The notes: generated by a model not told the origin, from the letters alone. 30,455 bases of DNA from Octopus sinensis (GCF_006345805.1 NW_021832481.1:1-30455); one strand, 5' to 3'. Numbered from the stretch's first letter, positions 11,775 through 23,030 are shown. Numbers and translations are program-made.

Positions 11775-12900
11775 AACCTCCCAGGATTTACAGATTTCTA
11801 ACTTTTCTACCTTTCTTGGCATTTCTGTTGCTTATTTAGTCACAGACGTGAATAAAAATGACAAGAATATCTCCAAGCTTTTATTAGATCCACTTTCAGC
11901 AGAACTTAAAGTAAATACGTTTTTTTCTCTCTCTTTCTCATTTCCATTAATCTACAAAGACATCTCCAAAAGTATTCTTTCCTATTTTTAATTTGTTGCA
12001 CCAAAATGTTACTAAATCCATATTTACTGTTTTATCTAGAAATTCCACTTGTTTCGTCAATACCCAAACCATGAGCCAATGGAAGAGCAGCTTCGTTTCT
12101 GTTAACTTACTAGAAATAGCAGGCAAATGTCCCTCCATATCACATCGTAGCATTTTTAACTAACATATTAAATAATGTAGTTCCACACAGAACTAGCAAG
12201 ATGAGATGGCCTCTGCTGAATGCCATTAATCAAGAGGTTTTCTAATCAAGGATGACCTGAGGCTTAGCAGCAATGCTAACCATATCCTAGCCAGTGCATG
12301 CATATCCATATAGGTGATCAAACTACAAGAAATAGCAGTTAACTGTCCCTCAAGCTTACTATATATCTAAAGCATACTTGAAGGATTTGTCAGATGATAA
12401 TTCCTAGAAACAACCTCAAAGAAGAAGACAAAATCATGACTGCTGAAACCGCATTCATCATTGATCTACTCAATCTAGACTACACTTACACTAAAAAAAT
12501 ACTTCAATAACATCAACTACAACATCCTTTCTAAGTCAGAGCCCAACAACAACTAAACTTCAAAACTGAATGTAGAAACATTATTGCTGCTGCACACAGA
12601 GATACTCTAGATCCACAATAGAGTGCTGCTTCCACATCGGGGTCAGTGCTGCTGCTACATAACGCAGACATTCTAGACTATATCTCAAATAATTTATTAG
12701 AAGTTGTTTCCATTTCTTTCGAGATATTGGAAGTCAATATAACAGGGTTATATTTGACAGTGTCAAAGAAGTTATCTATCTTGGAAATGGGACACACCGT
12801 AGGGTGTCCCATAGCTTAGGATCTGTTTTTGTGGAGAGTGAGAGTTTGAGGAGCTTACTGAGGCAGAGACAAGCTCCAGAATACAACACAATATTTGTAG
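11775..12900 (+). mobile_element. Possible heavily decayed Penelope-like RT core remnant
   Basis: Weak ordered + strand matches with frameshifts: NLPGFTDF, AYLVTDVNKNDKNIS (cf. LVTxDVxSLYTNIP), DISKSILSYF*F, P*AN..MEEQL, SISF..LEVNI, LRICFCGE*EFEELTE (cf. LRIRRICS..F). No intact YxDD seen. Confidence 0.35.
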
Positions 12901-13349
12901 GTAATGGAACCATTCCAAATCACTAAAAAGATATCTGAACCAACATCTTGAAGAAGATAATTCAGTTGATTGGCAGATATTCTTGACCAACAACCTACAA
13001 CTATTTTACAAATTCTTGCATCTTTTAACATCTACCGCTACGACAACGATCAATCTCTGCATAACACCCAAGCTTTACCGAATATATTCGTCTTACTATC
13101 TAGATATTGCCTCTAAAGGATCTGAACGATCATTCCTACCCCCGACCGTAACACTCTGAAATTCCAATTTCACAAATGTTGCTCATGTAGAAGACCAACT
13201 AGAAATCTTCAAGATGAATTTCAACTGAATTGATCTCAAAAGTTATGATCCTTGAATTGATCTCAAAAGTTATGATCCCTGAATATTATTCAGGGGAAAA
13301 TTGGTCGTTTCTAACACACATTAAACGGCCTCAAATTTGAGATGACGAT

Positions 13350-13445
13350 TTAAACACAGCAATGATGAAAGGCAGAGTTGACATCGGTAGGTTTTGAGTT
13401 CAGAAGAGCCGTAACTAAATACCGCTAGATATTTATATAGGTACT
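13350..13445 (-). mobile_element. Old, degenerate SINE family C fragment
   Basis: Reverse complement reads TCTAGCGGTATT..TTCTGAACTCAAAACCCTACCGATGTCAACTCTGCCTTTCATC, matching the family C B-box/core. Confidence 0.7.
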
Positions 13446-13887
13446 CTAACATTTCTATTAATCCAACGCGATTCACGAGTAAATTAATAAAGTATGTAAA
13501 TGCAATAAAACATATTTCTACTATGTTTGTTCAGTTTATCCCTAATCCTAACAATATACGTGCTTCATATATTTACCTTTGAATGGTGTTGGATCAGGTG
13601 TGGTTAGATAATGTTGGACCGAGCGTGAATCAATGAATCAGTTGTTAGGTATTGTTGAGGTCGACGATAGATGTGTGGATGATGGCAGAACTACTGATGT
13701 TTAGACACCAAAATCTATCTATCCAATGAACTTTTTCACTCCCTCTTTATCAATGTAGTCAACATCTCCATACTGTATCTATTTGTAAGTCACACCAGCA
13801 TTTGTATACTGCATCTTTCTACATTCAACTTCTAAATACTGTATCTATCTATACACTATATCTGTCTATAATTATTTCCATATATAT

Positions 13888-13927
<40 letters not shown>

Positions 13928-13989
13928 AAATTCTGTACATTATATATTTATCCAGTCAACATCTACATGGTGTGGATTTATTCTATTTC

Positions 13990-14172
13990 AAGGCGGTGAG
14001 CTGGCAGAAGCGTTAGCACGTCTTTACGGTCAAAGTTCAAAATCCGCTGGGGTCCACATTGCTTTTCATCTTTCTGGGTTGATGAAATGAGTACCGGTTG
14101 GACACTGGGATGGATGTAATCAACTTAGCCTCTCCACCAAACCCGCTGCCTTGTGCCATAATTTGAAACCAA
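13990..14172 (+). mobile_element. tRNA-derived SINE, family C, tail C2
   Basis: AAGGCGGTGAGCTGGCAGAAGCGTTAGC head, core ..TTTCATCTTTCTGGGTTGATGAAATGAGTACC, tail ..CTTGTGCCATAATTTGAAACCA as in 18006. Confidence 0.85.
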
Positions 14173-14192
14173 TCTTATACATAGTATAATAA

Positions 14193-14400
14193 AGGGGGCG
14201 AGCTGGCAGAATCGTTACTGCGCTGGAATAAATGCGTTCAGCATTCAAATGCCGTCGAGTTCGACTTTGCCTTTCATCCTTTCGGGGTCGATAAATTAAG
14301 TACCAGTTACGCACTGGGGTCGATATAATCGACTTAATCCGCTTGTCTGTCCTTGTTTGTCCTCTCTGTGTTTAGCCCCTTGTGAATAGTAAAGAAATAG
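14193..14400 (+). mobile_element. tRNA-derived SINE, family C, tail C1
   Basis: GGCGAGCTGGCAGAATCGTTA head with internal deletion; intact core and tail ..TAGTAAAGAAATAG. Confidence 0.9.
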
Positions 14401-15288
14401 GTATACATCTATCTACCTAGTCAGCATCTACACAATCTGTCTATCAATCCTGAAAAAACTCTCACACTGTTTCAATCAGTTCCGTTAACTGATGAAGACG
14501 TAACAATAGAATATGCTATAGTCATTTATTAAAGGAGAGTTAATCGATGGTTCGACTCGTATCGACGTTAAAATCGAACAAGTGTTATTTTTTTTTCTCA
14601 GTACATTTGTGACGTACGAAGTGCTTCGCATCAACTAGTAATTGAACATACGCCTCGTGTGTTCGTTTTACCAAGTAGCTTACCGCTCGGCCGGTCATAA
14701 GGAAATATCTTAAAATATTTATAAGCATCAGTAATGTTTTCTTCTGTTCGTAGGACATTTTTATCATTTATTCTCTCTTTATTTCTGCCTTATTCTTGTC
14801 TCGTGCTTATTTATACACATATATTAATATACATATACACACATACAAAGATTTATATATTTCTAATCAACTTGTTATTTCGGTATGTTTTTGCTTACCA
14901 TTCAGCAAGCCAAGGATTCATTCCAAAGTGTTCAAGATATATGGGTTCTTTTGTCTTCTTTTTTTCCTTCTTTTTGAGACATTTTAAACATAATTGCAAA
15001 CAAGTGTTCAAAAACGAATATATATATATATATATTATATATATATATATATATATACACGTTTTATATTATGTTCTGTGTCTCTTTTTGTATATATCAT
15101 CTGTGGACAAATATAGCTATGGTGCATAGCTGCTTAATAGATTCATTCATATATGTAAAACACGGCACATATATGTATATGTGCGATACCGAATATGCGA
15201 ATATCAATTAACACACAGAACATATGTGTATATACGTGTGATCGGGCAGATTATGACTTTCGCTTGTGACTAGAATCTACCACAACGT

Positions 15289-15289
<1 letters not shown>

Positions 15290-15324
<35 letters not shown>

Positions 15325-15426
15325 ACACATATACAGACATACTCACACACATATATACACTTACACACACACACACGGACACTCACATATACACACATCC
15401 ATTCTCTCTCTCTCTCTCTCTCTCTA

Positions 15427-15458
<32 letters not shown>

Positions 15459-15652
15459 TATGTTACATTACATATATTATATATATGTGTATATATATAT
15501 ATATATACATATACAAGTGTATGTATATACATATATAAATGCACATATATATGTATATACATATACACACACATATATACACACATACACACATACATAT
15601 ATACACACGTACCCACACACGCACGCGGACACTCACATATACACACGTCCAT

Positions 15653-15700
<48 letters not shown>

Positions 15701-15758
15701 AATACACATATATATGTATATACATGTGTGTGGGAGGGCGTGTGAGTGTGTGAGTTTG

Positions 15759-15790
<32 letters not shown>

Positions 15791-16390
15791 CCGTGTGTAT
15801 GAGTATACATGCGAGTAAAGGAGGAGGATTGTGTGAATTGTCTCAATTTAAATTGTAAAATAAGAAACTTTTACGTATCTTCATTTATGGCAATGTATAC
15901 ATGAATGTATGCAAGTGTGTATATAATATATATATAGATGTATATATAATATATGTGTATTCACGTATGTAAATTTGCGATTTATTACGAATGCATGAAC
16001 GTGAGTATTTGTGTATGTATTCTGTATACGGTAGTAATGAAGGAAAAAATTATAACTAATTTATATGTACACACACACACACACAACACACACACACACA
16101 TACGCATATGTGTGTGTGTGTGTACGCGCGTGCATGTGTGTATATATGTATGTGTGAGTGTGTGTATGTGTGCGACTTAAATGATATAAGTTGATAAAGT
16201 ACATAGATATTTATGTGGGTGTGTATTTGCGTATATGCATATGTTATACAAGTATAAACACACACACATACAGATACATACATATAAATACACACATACA
16301 CATATGTGTGTGTATGTGTTTGTGTGTGTGTATGTGTATATATATGTGTGTGTGTGTACGAACGCGAATTAGAATTATATATTGCTATTA

Positions 16391-16424
<34 letters not shown>

Positions 16425-16715
16425 CATATACATCTATACATATATATATTATTATAAATATAATATAAATCATATATATGTATATATATGTGCAAGCACA
16501 TATATGTATATATATATGCATATATATATGTATATATATATATATGAATATATTATATGTATCTATATGTGTATATATGTGTGTGTATGTGTGTATATAT
16601 ATGTGTGTGTATATATATGTGTGTGTATATATATGTATATATATATATATATATAATATATATTAATATATATTAATATATATATATATATGATATATAT
16701 ATATATATATATATA
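15290..16715. repeat. Extended compound CA/CT/TA/TG microsatellite field
   Basis: Directly visible, with short unique spacers. Confidence 0.92.
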
Positions 16716-17289
16716 AGATCATAAATACATAAATACATAAATACCGAGCGGGGGAGGTCAGTGATATGGTAAGTAAATGAGAAAACAGTGTGTAGATAAT
16801 TAGTGCCTTTCAAATTGACAATAATGTAAATCTACGTGTGAAATCTGATTTATTGTTCTGACAATAATTTTTTTTTTCCATAAATCATTCTTCTCTATTA
16901 TTCACTTTCATTTTTCTAATTTTTCTTCCGTCCTCTAACCATTGTTCATATTGTTGTTGTCCTATTTCTTTCTCTTCTTCCCTTTCCTCTTCTTCGTCTT
17001 TTTTTTTCTTTTTTTCACCTCCTCTTCTTTTCCCATCCTCTACTCTTCTTCTGGTTTTCTGGTTGTTGTTTACACTGTTTTACTTACTGTTCTTGTCTTT
17101 ATTGGTGTTGTTTTTCTTATTGTTGTTCATCCTGTGTATCTTAAGAAAATTTCAATATTTTTCTTCCTGCTTTTTCTATTTTAGAAATTCATTTAAATAT
17201 CAGGATTATATTTCGTTTCCCTTACAATCTACCCACTCTCCTTCTCGGTTTCTCTCTTTTCTCTCTCCCTTTTTCTCTCCCTCTCTTGA

Positions 17290-17333
17290 TATGTGTGTAT
17301 GTATATATGTAATTTGTTTATCTATATATATAT

Positions 17334-17387
<54 letters not shown>

Positions 17388-17584
17388 TATATAGATTATA
17401 TAGATATATATTTGATGTGTGTATATATGTATATATATATATAAATATGCATATATATATACATTTATATATGTTATATATATATATGTTGTATATATAT
17501 GCATGTATATATATGTACATATGTATATGTGTATGTATATATGTATATATGGTAATATATATATATATTATATATATAGATATA

Positions 17585-17637
<53 letters not shown>

Positions 17638-17670
17638 CATATATATATGTATCACACACACTTACACACT
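17290..17670. repeat. Degenerate (TA)n field
   Basis: Directly visible. Confidence 0.93.
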
Positions 17671-18005
17671 TATACATATATGAACGCCTGAGCGTGTTTT
17701 TGTGTGTGTTTCGTTTAGATCTATTTGTATTCTTTGCAGAATTGAAGTCGGTCGCTAACAAAGTGTGTTATTGTGGATGAAGAGATGACTATGTATGTGT
17801 GTATGTTGCAATAACTAAAGAGTACTCAACACAATGAAGTGGCTTTTGAATTATTTCATTTGGTTGCCTGTAAGCAATGGTAGTAGATACTACCAGTTTT
17901 CTCACACAAAAATATTGTTTAGTTCGTGAAAAAAAAATATCACGCCAAAATTAAAGGTCATTACAAAGCAAAGATTGATAGGTTTCTTCTCATTAATTAA
18001 CACAT

Positions 18006-18225
18006 AAGGCGGTAAGTTGGCAGGACCTTTGGAAAGCCAATCAACATGTTTAACGACGGCATTTCGTTCGTCTTTACGTTCTGAGCTCAAATTCCGCAGA
18101 GGTCGATTTTGCCTTCATCCTTTCAAAGTCGATCAAATAAGTACCAGTGAAGGACTGGGGTCATTGTAATCGACTAGCCCCAATCCCCACAAAAACTGAT
18201 GACCCTGTGCCAAATTTTGAAACCA
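18006..18225 (+). mobile_element. tRNA-derived SINE, family C, tail C2
   Basis: AAGGCGGTAAGTTGGCAGG head, core GAGGTCGATTTTGCCTTCATCC, tail TGTGCCAAATTTTGAAACCA. Candidate TSD CATTAATTAACA (17991-18002) / CATTAATGAACA (18224-18235). Confidence 0.85.
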
Positions 18226-21190
18226 TTAATGAACAGCTATTTCCTTTTAATCTTATATTATTACGACTGAAGCGTCTACGCTCATTAGTTCGCTCAACAT
18301 TATTTAAATTTGCGTCGTCACAAGCATTTATCTACAACAAATCAAAATCTTCATATGGCTTAGCACAGGAGAAAGTTACTCTAAAGACATTTAATTTGGA
18401 ATCGAGGTAATCGTAAGCAGCCGTGTTGCAAACGAGAATTACGAGAACGGAGTTACAGCGAGGTTTGTGTAAACACATATATCTGCCAACCTAGCTGTAC
18501 GTCAATATACCAATTTTCTCACATGTTCTTTTATTCTCATACCATAGTCCATACGTTTTCTCACTGTACATTATTCACAGGTAGAAAAGGACTGAGACCC
18601 GGCCAATGGGCCATCAAGTTTAACATCGGATTTCTTAGATTAGTTACTGAATTCACTCCAGAACGGTGCCGTACTAGCTAGAATTATTCAATAGACTGGT
18701 TTCACCGCAGGATTTCTCTTGTGTGTATCATACCATCCGTAATTTACTGTTCGTAACTTACAGAATATAGTACAACCAACCTTTATCATCAAACCTGGTG
18801 GAAATACAAAGCACACACACAAAACAAAAGCTGCATAGCATGCATTATTTTTTTTGTAAGCGCATCTCTTTGCTAAGCTTATAAACGTATGAATATGCTT
18901 TGTTGACTGGACTTAGCATTTTTGGGTTGCAAATCTAAACTAATGCCCACAAATGCGATAACTTCAATTGCCATTCGGTATGTTACTGGAAGTCATTGTA
19001 GACAGAATTATAAAGGAAATATTTTTATGTATTTTCATGTATTCTTTTGGATTCTTCTCAGCTGAATTCAGAATTATAAGTACCATGCTGGCTTTGCGAC
19101 TGAGATAGGCTTCTAAATAAGCGATCCTCGTATTAGTCCAACAGTAATCCTACACTTATCGTTGTAATTTCTAAAAGAATATTACGGAGCCCATTTGATT
19201 TTTAGGTAGGGAGAGTAGTTGGCGTTATAGTCATTTGAGTGGATTAACCACTCGAATGACAATAGCGCTTAATGTTCACATCAGATCTTGAATGCTTGTG
19301 CAATGGCTTGTGATGACACATATCAAGACGAATGTTACCTGTTGATAGAACTACTCATATGCAACAAAGGCGACTCTCCGTGGTATGAGGACTAATGATT
19401 GATGAAGTGTCGTCAAAGGAATAAGCATAGAATCCTAGGAAGATGAGGAAGAATAAAAATAGAAGTTAAGATATGAGAGAAAAGAAAAGGAGAAGGAGGG
19501 AGTTGGGAATGAAAGGTGTTCGAGCCAGAAGAAGAGAAGGTTAGGAACAGATAATTATAAGAAGAGGAAGAGCTATACTGTTAATGCTGACATATGAAGG
19601 CTAAGAATCCAGGATACTATCACGTGGTGGGTGGTGATGCTTCGCTCGATTAAAGCAGGATAGTATCCAATACAGGAATATGCTTAAAAGTACGTATCTT
19701 TAATTTCCTGGTATGCAAACAAGAAGCTTTCTCTCTTCTATTTAGAATATTGGCATTTTGAACTTCTCGGTAATGCACAAGCTACACTTGTTGCCGCGCC
19801 CGTTATATTTATATACCTTTATATGTATTAATATCTATGTATAAGCACATATTTATACAACCTCGAATAGGTTTTGTAGTGAATCAGTAAATGTCCAGTT
19901 CGATAAAACCACCTTGTTGCTAAAACACATAGCTTACCATGAATACGGCTGTCCATTTTTGCAGCTAATTAACAAGCTGCAATGTTTATCTAAACATAGG
20001 TTGTTCCTGTTGCATTTTCAGGAAATATTTATGATGTATTCGTTCTAAAACTGGATTTGTTTACGTTGTGCTCCTTTATGACACAGGTTGTAGCGATTAA
20101 GCAAAGAGAGTCGATAAAATAAGAACCAAACTGAAATTAACTCTAGGGTTGATATAATCGTCTAAACATCTTACATAGGTATACCAGCATAGCTGCAGTC
20201 CAAAGACTGACACATGTAGAAGCAAAAACACCCTAAGTTTTGCTGTGGTTTTGACAAATGTCATTATTCTGTAGAACCTTATTTGGTGTGTAGTTGCGTT
20301 CATGCTTATATGATGTCTTCTATTCAGAGAATCATAGTTTGTCATATCTCCCCTAATGTAAAGTAACTACAAAATGTGTCAGTAATTCACGTGAATTCGG
20401 GAAAAGTTTGGACATGAAAGATTACCACGACTGTCGCTAAATTGAATTATCATGAGATTCAATTATTTCTCAGATGACCGTAAGATTTAATAGAACACAA
20501 AGAAACACAGCCGAATTTCCTTGTCTTCTTGTTCACTTTTATAATACTCCTAATCTAGTTAGAACTAGAGATTCCTGCTGTGATCCATATTCTGTTGCTT
20601 TCATCGAGGAATGTAAAACCTCAGGAAACTGTACAAGTTGCAAAAACAGGAATCAAAAGCTGATCTAATACAGACGGTGATATATTTTCCATCTCTCTCT
20701 GTCTTGGAAAATCTAAGAAACCAAATGGAATTCTTATCTAGATTATTACTATAAGGTTTCTGTGCTTAACACTGAATTTGAAACTTATGTGACCTCAAGA
20801 TAATACAGAATCTTCAATAAAACCGGAGAAGTTTTCACGTCAGTTCAAAATTATTTACATACAGTATTCATCAAACCATGTAGAAGTCGAGATAAGTGAT
20901 TAGATATTGTGCAGTAACAGAAGGCAAAAACCAAATTCTATACACATTATAGATAGAGTCTGCAACATTTTGTTTGGTCATTAAGCTTTAATTCAAAACC
21001 ACTGATAGAATGATGTTCATTGCAGTTCTAGATAGAGCATGTACAGATAAACTTACTTCATTTAACTGAGGGTAAAATATGAATAGTAATCCTAATACGC
21101 AACCCTCTTTAATAAATACCAGCATCCAGTTCTTGAGCAAAGTTAACATTATTGCGAGCATGCCAACGCTACCATCTACCACATATATAC

Positions 21191-21420
21191 CGGCGAGCTG
21201 GCAGAAACGTTAGCACGCCGGGTGAAATGCGTAGCCGTATTTCGTCTGCCGTTACGCTCTGAGTTCAAATTCCGCCGAGGTCGACTTTGCCTTTCATCCT
21301 TACGGAGTCGATAAATTAAGTACCAGTTACGCACTGGGGTCGATGTAATCGACTTAATCTGTTTGTCTGTCCTTGTTTGTCCCCTCTGTGTTTAGCTCCT
21401 TGTGGGTAGTAAAGAAATAG
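21191..21420 (+). mobile_element. tRNA-derived SINE, family C, tail C1, full-length
   Basis: Complete head, core and tail. Decayed ~19-bp TSD: CTACCATCTACCACATATA (21169-21187) / CTACCATCTGCCCCATGTA (21421-21439), 16 of 19 identical. Confidence 0.95.
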
Positions 21421-21695
21421 CTACCATCTGCCCCATGTACATTTCCCTGCATATATTCAGATACAACTATCTCAACTATGTAGTAGTTGTTACAGTGTGG
21501 TACATAATGCCTTTTTCTTTCTCCCGATCACATTAAACAAAGATGTTGAAAGTAGCTACCCTACCATCAGGATATTCTATCTGCTAAACAATAGCGCCTA
21601 AACATGCGCCTAAACATGCTACAGAACCGAAGCTAACCAGCGACCCTGAAGAGCTGCCTTTGCAACCAGTAGATATTTATCTTTAAAACATTATA

Positions 21696-21846
21696 GGCGC
21701 GGGAGTGGCTGTGTGGTAAGTAGCTGTCTTACCAACTACATAGTTCTGGGCTCAGTCCCACTTGGGCAAGTATCTTCTACTGTAGCCTCGGCCCGACCAA
21801 AACATTGCGAGTGGATTTGGTAGACGAAAACTGAAGGAAGCCCGTC

Positions 21847-21923
<77 letters not shown>

Positions 21924-22087
21924 TGTCTGTGTGTCTGTGTGTGTCTGTGTTTGTTCCCCACCATCGCTAGAGAAGCGATGTTGGTGTATTTACGTCCCCG
22001 TAACTTCGCGGTTCGGCAAAAGAAACCGATGGAATAAGTACTAGGCTTACAAAGAACAAGTCTGAGCATGGCCAAATGAATAAAACA
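21696..22087 (+). mobile_element. tRNA-derived CORE-like SINE, family B (probably OR1/OR2-type octopus SINE)
   Basis: GGCGCGGGAGTGGCTGTGTGGTAAG head, TTGGGCAAGTATCTTC core, internal (TG)n, 3' part with a deletion relative to 26056. Family name from memory. Confidence 0.92.
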
Positions 22088-22349
22088 AAATATACTGGCA
22101 ATATACAATTTGACATTGTCCAAGTTCCCAGATTACCTTAAAACTAAAAAGTATATAGTCAATTATATAGAGATCGTTTGTTAGGATAAAGAAAACCACG
22201 ATTAAAAGTATAATTCCATGTTATTGAAGTAGCATAAATGATACATTTTAAAAATAATTGAATGCTTTAAATGTGCAATCTCTTACAATCCAGACGGAGT
22301 GAAATACATTCAACATATGACATTTGTTCATAAGTAACATTAGCATATG

Positions 22350-22643
22350 TGCACATGTGTATGTGTGTATATGTGTATATGTATGTGTATGTGTGTGGGG
22401 TGTGTGTATGTGTGGGGTGTGTGTATGTGTGTGGGGTGTGTGGGGTGTGTGGGGTGTGTGGGGGTGTGAAAGTGTCTGTATATATATACTTACATACATA
22501 CGATTGTATTATACAGTGTGCGCGCGTAGTTTCAATCGTATGGACGTTTATGAATCAATATATAATCTATGTATATATAAACATATACACACTATATACA
22601 ATACATACAAATATATACACCGCATATTATACATATAAAAATA

Positions 22644-22684
<41 letters not shown>

Positions 22685-22911
22685 TATATAGAAGGGTTCT
22701 ACAGGACTAGTACGTTTCATAAGAGAAGAAGTTTTCTTGAATGAAACAGTATAGTCCTGTAGAAGCTCCTTCTATATAATAATTAATTTTACTCTGCTAT
22801 GTATTGAGTACCTTATTACTGTGGTTAACCCGGATCAACCCGGGACCTACAGATATATATATATATATATATATGTATGTAGTTATGTATATGTATATGT
22901 ATATGTATATA

Positions 22912-22992
<81 letters not shown>

Positions 22993-23030
22993 TATATGGA
23001 TAATAAAACGAATGTATGTGTGTGTATACT
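22350..23030. repeat. TG/GGGGTGTGT/TA microsatellite field containing a 102-bp hairpin
   Basis: Directly visible. Confidence 0.88.
22681..22782. repeat. 102-bp near-perfect palindrome, possibly a tiny MITE-like element in (TA)n
   Basis: TTATTATATAGAAGG/CCTTCTATATAATAA (15 bp perfect), TTCTACAGGACTA/TAGTCCTGTAGAA (13 bp perfect), then TAC/GTA, GTTTCAT/ATGAAAC, AAGAGAA/TTTTCTT closing a GAAG loop. Confidence 0.9.

Noticed and set aside
11621-11910. Exon-like pair: TTTTTAG|42 nt|GTAAGT (11621-11662) and CTACAG|144 nt|GTAAAT (11767-11910)
   Set aside because: Their open frames are phase-incompatible, no protein is recognised, and the second overlaps the putative Penelope remnant.
12484-12497. 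Minus-strand TTTTTTTAG|T|GTAAGT (1-nt 'exon'), and similar 3-7-nt cases at 12355, 13095 and 22135
   Set aside because: Implausible or frame-breaking. They show that micro-exon-like patterns arise by chance here, which lowers confidence in the candidates reported.
12793-12818. 9-bp stem hairpin ATGGGACAC-N8-GTGTCCCAT; similar short stems near 23835-23866 and 26555-26581
   Set aside because: Stems of 8-10 bp are expected by chance in 30 kb.
14601-14699. TTTCTCAG|YICDVRSASHQLVIEHTPRVFVLP, faintly Ig-like
   Set aside because: Spacing does not fit an Ig fold, the frame ends in a stop, and there is no good donor.
17740-17930. Strong + acceptor TTCTTTGCAG and short ORF MKWLLNYFIWLP
   Set aside because: Stops in all frames after the acceptor; nothing recognisable.
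19285-19382. + strand open segment ILNACAMACDDTYQDECYLLIELLICNKGDSP with donor GTATGA
   Set aside because: Weak pyrimidine tract, no recognised homology, and it overlaps a better-signalled minus-strand candidate.
20474-20668. 64-aa Cys-rich ORF (MTVRF...CCDPY...CTSCKN)
   Set aside because: No recognisable domain or signal peptide; length is within chance.
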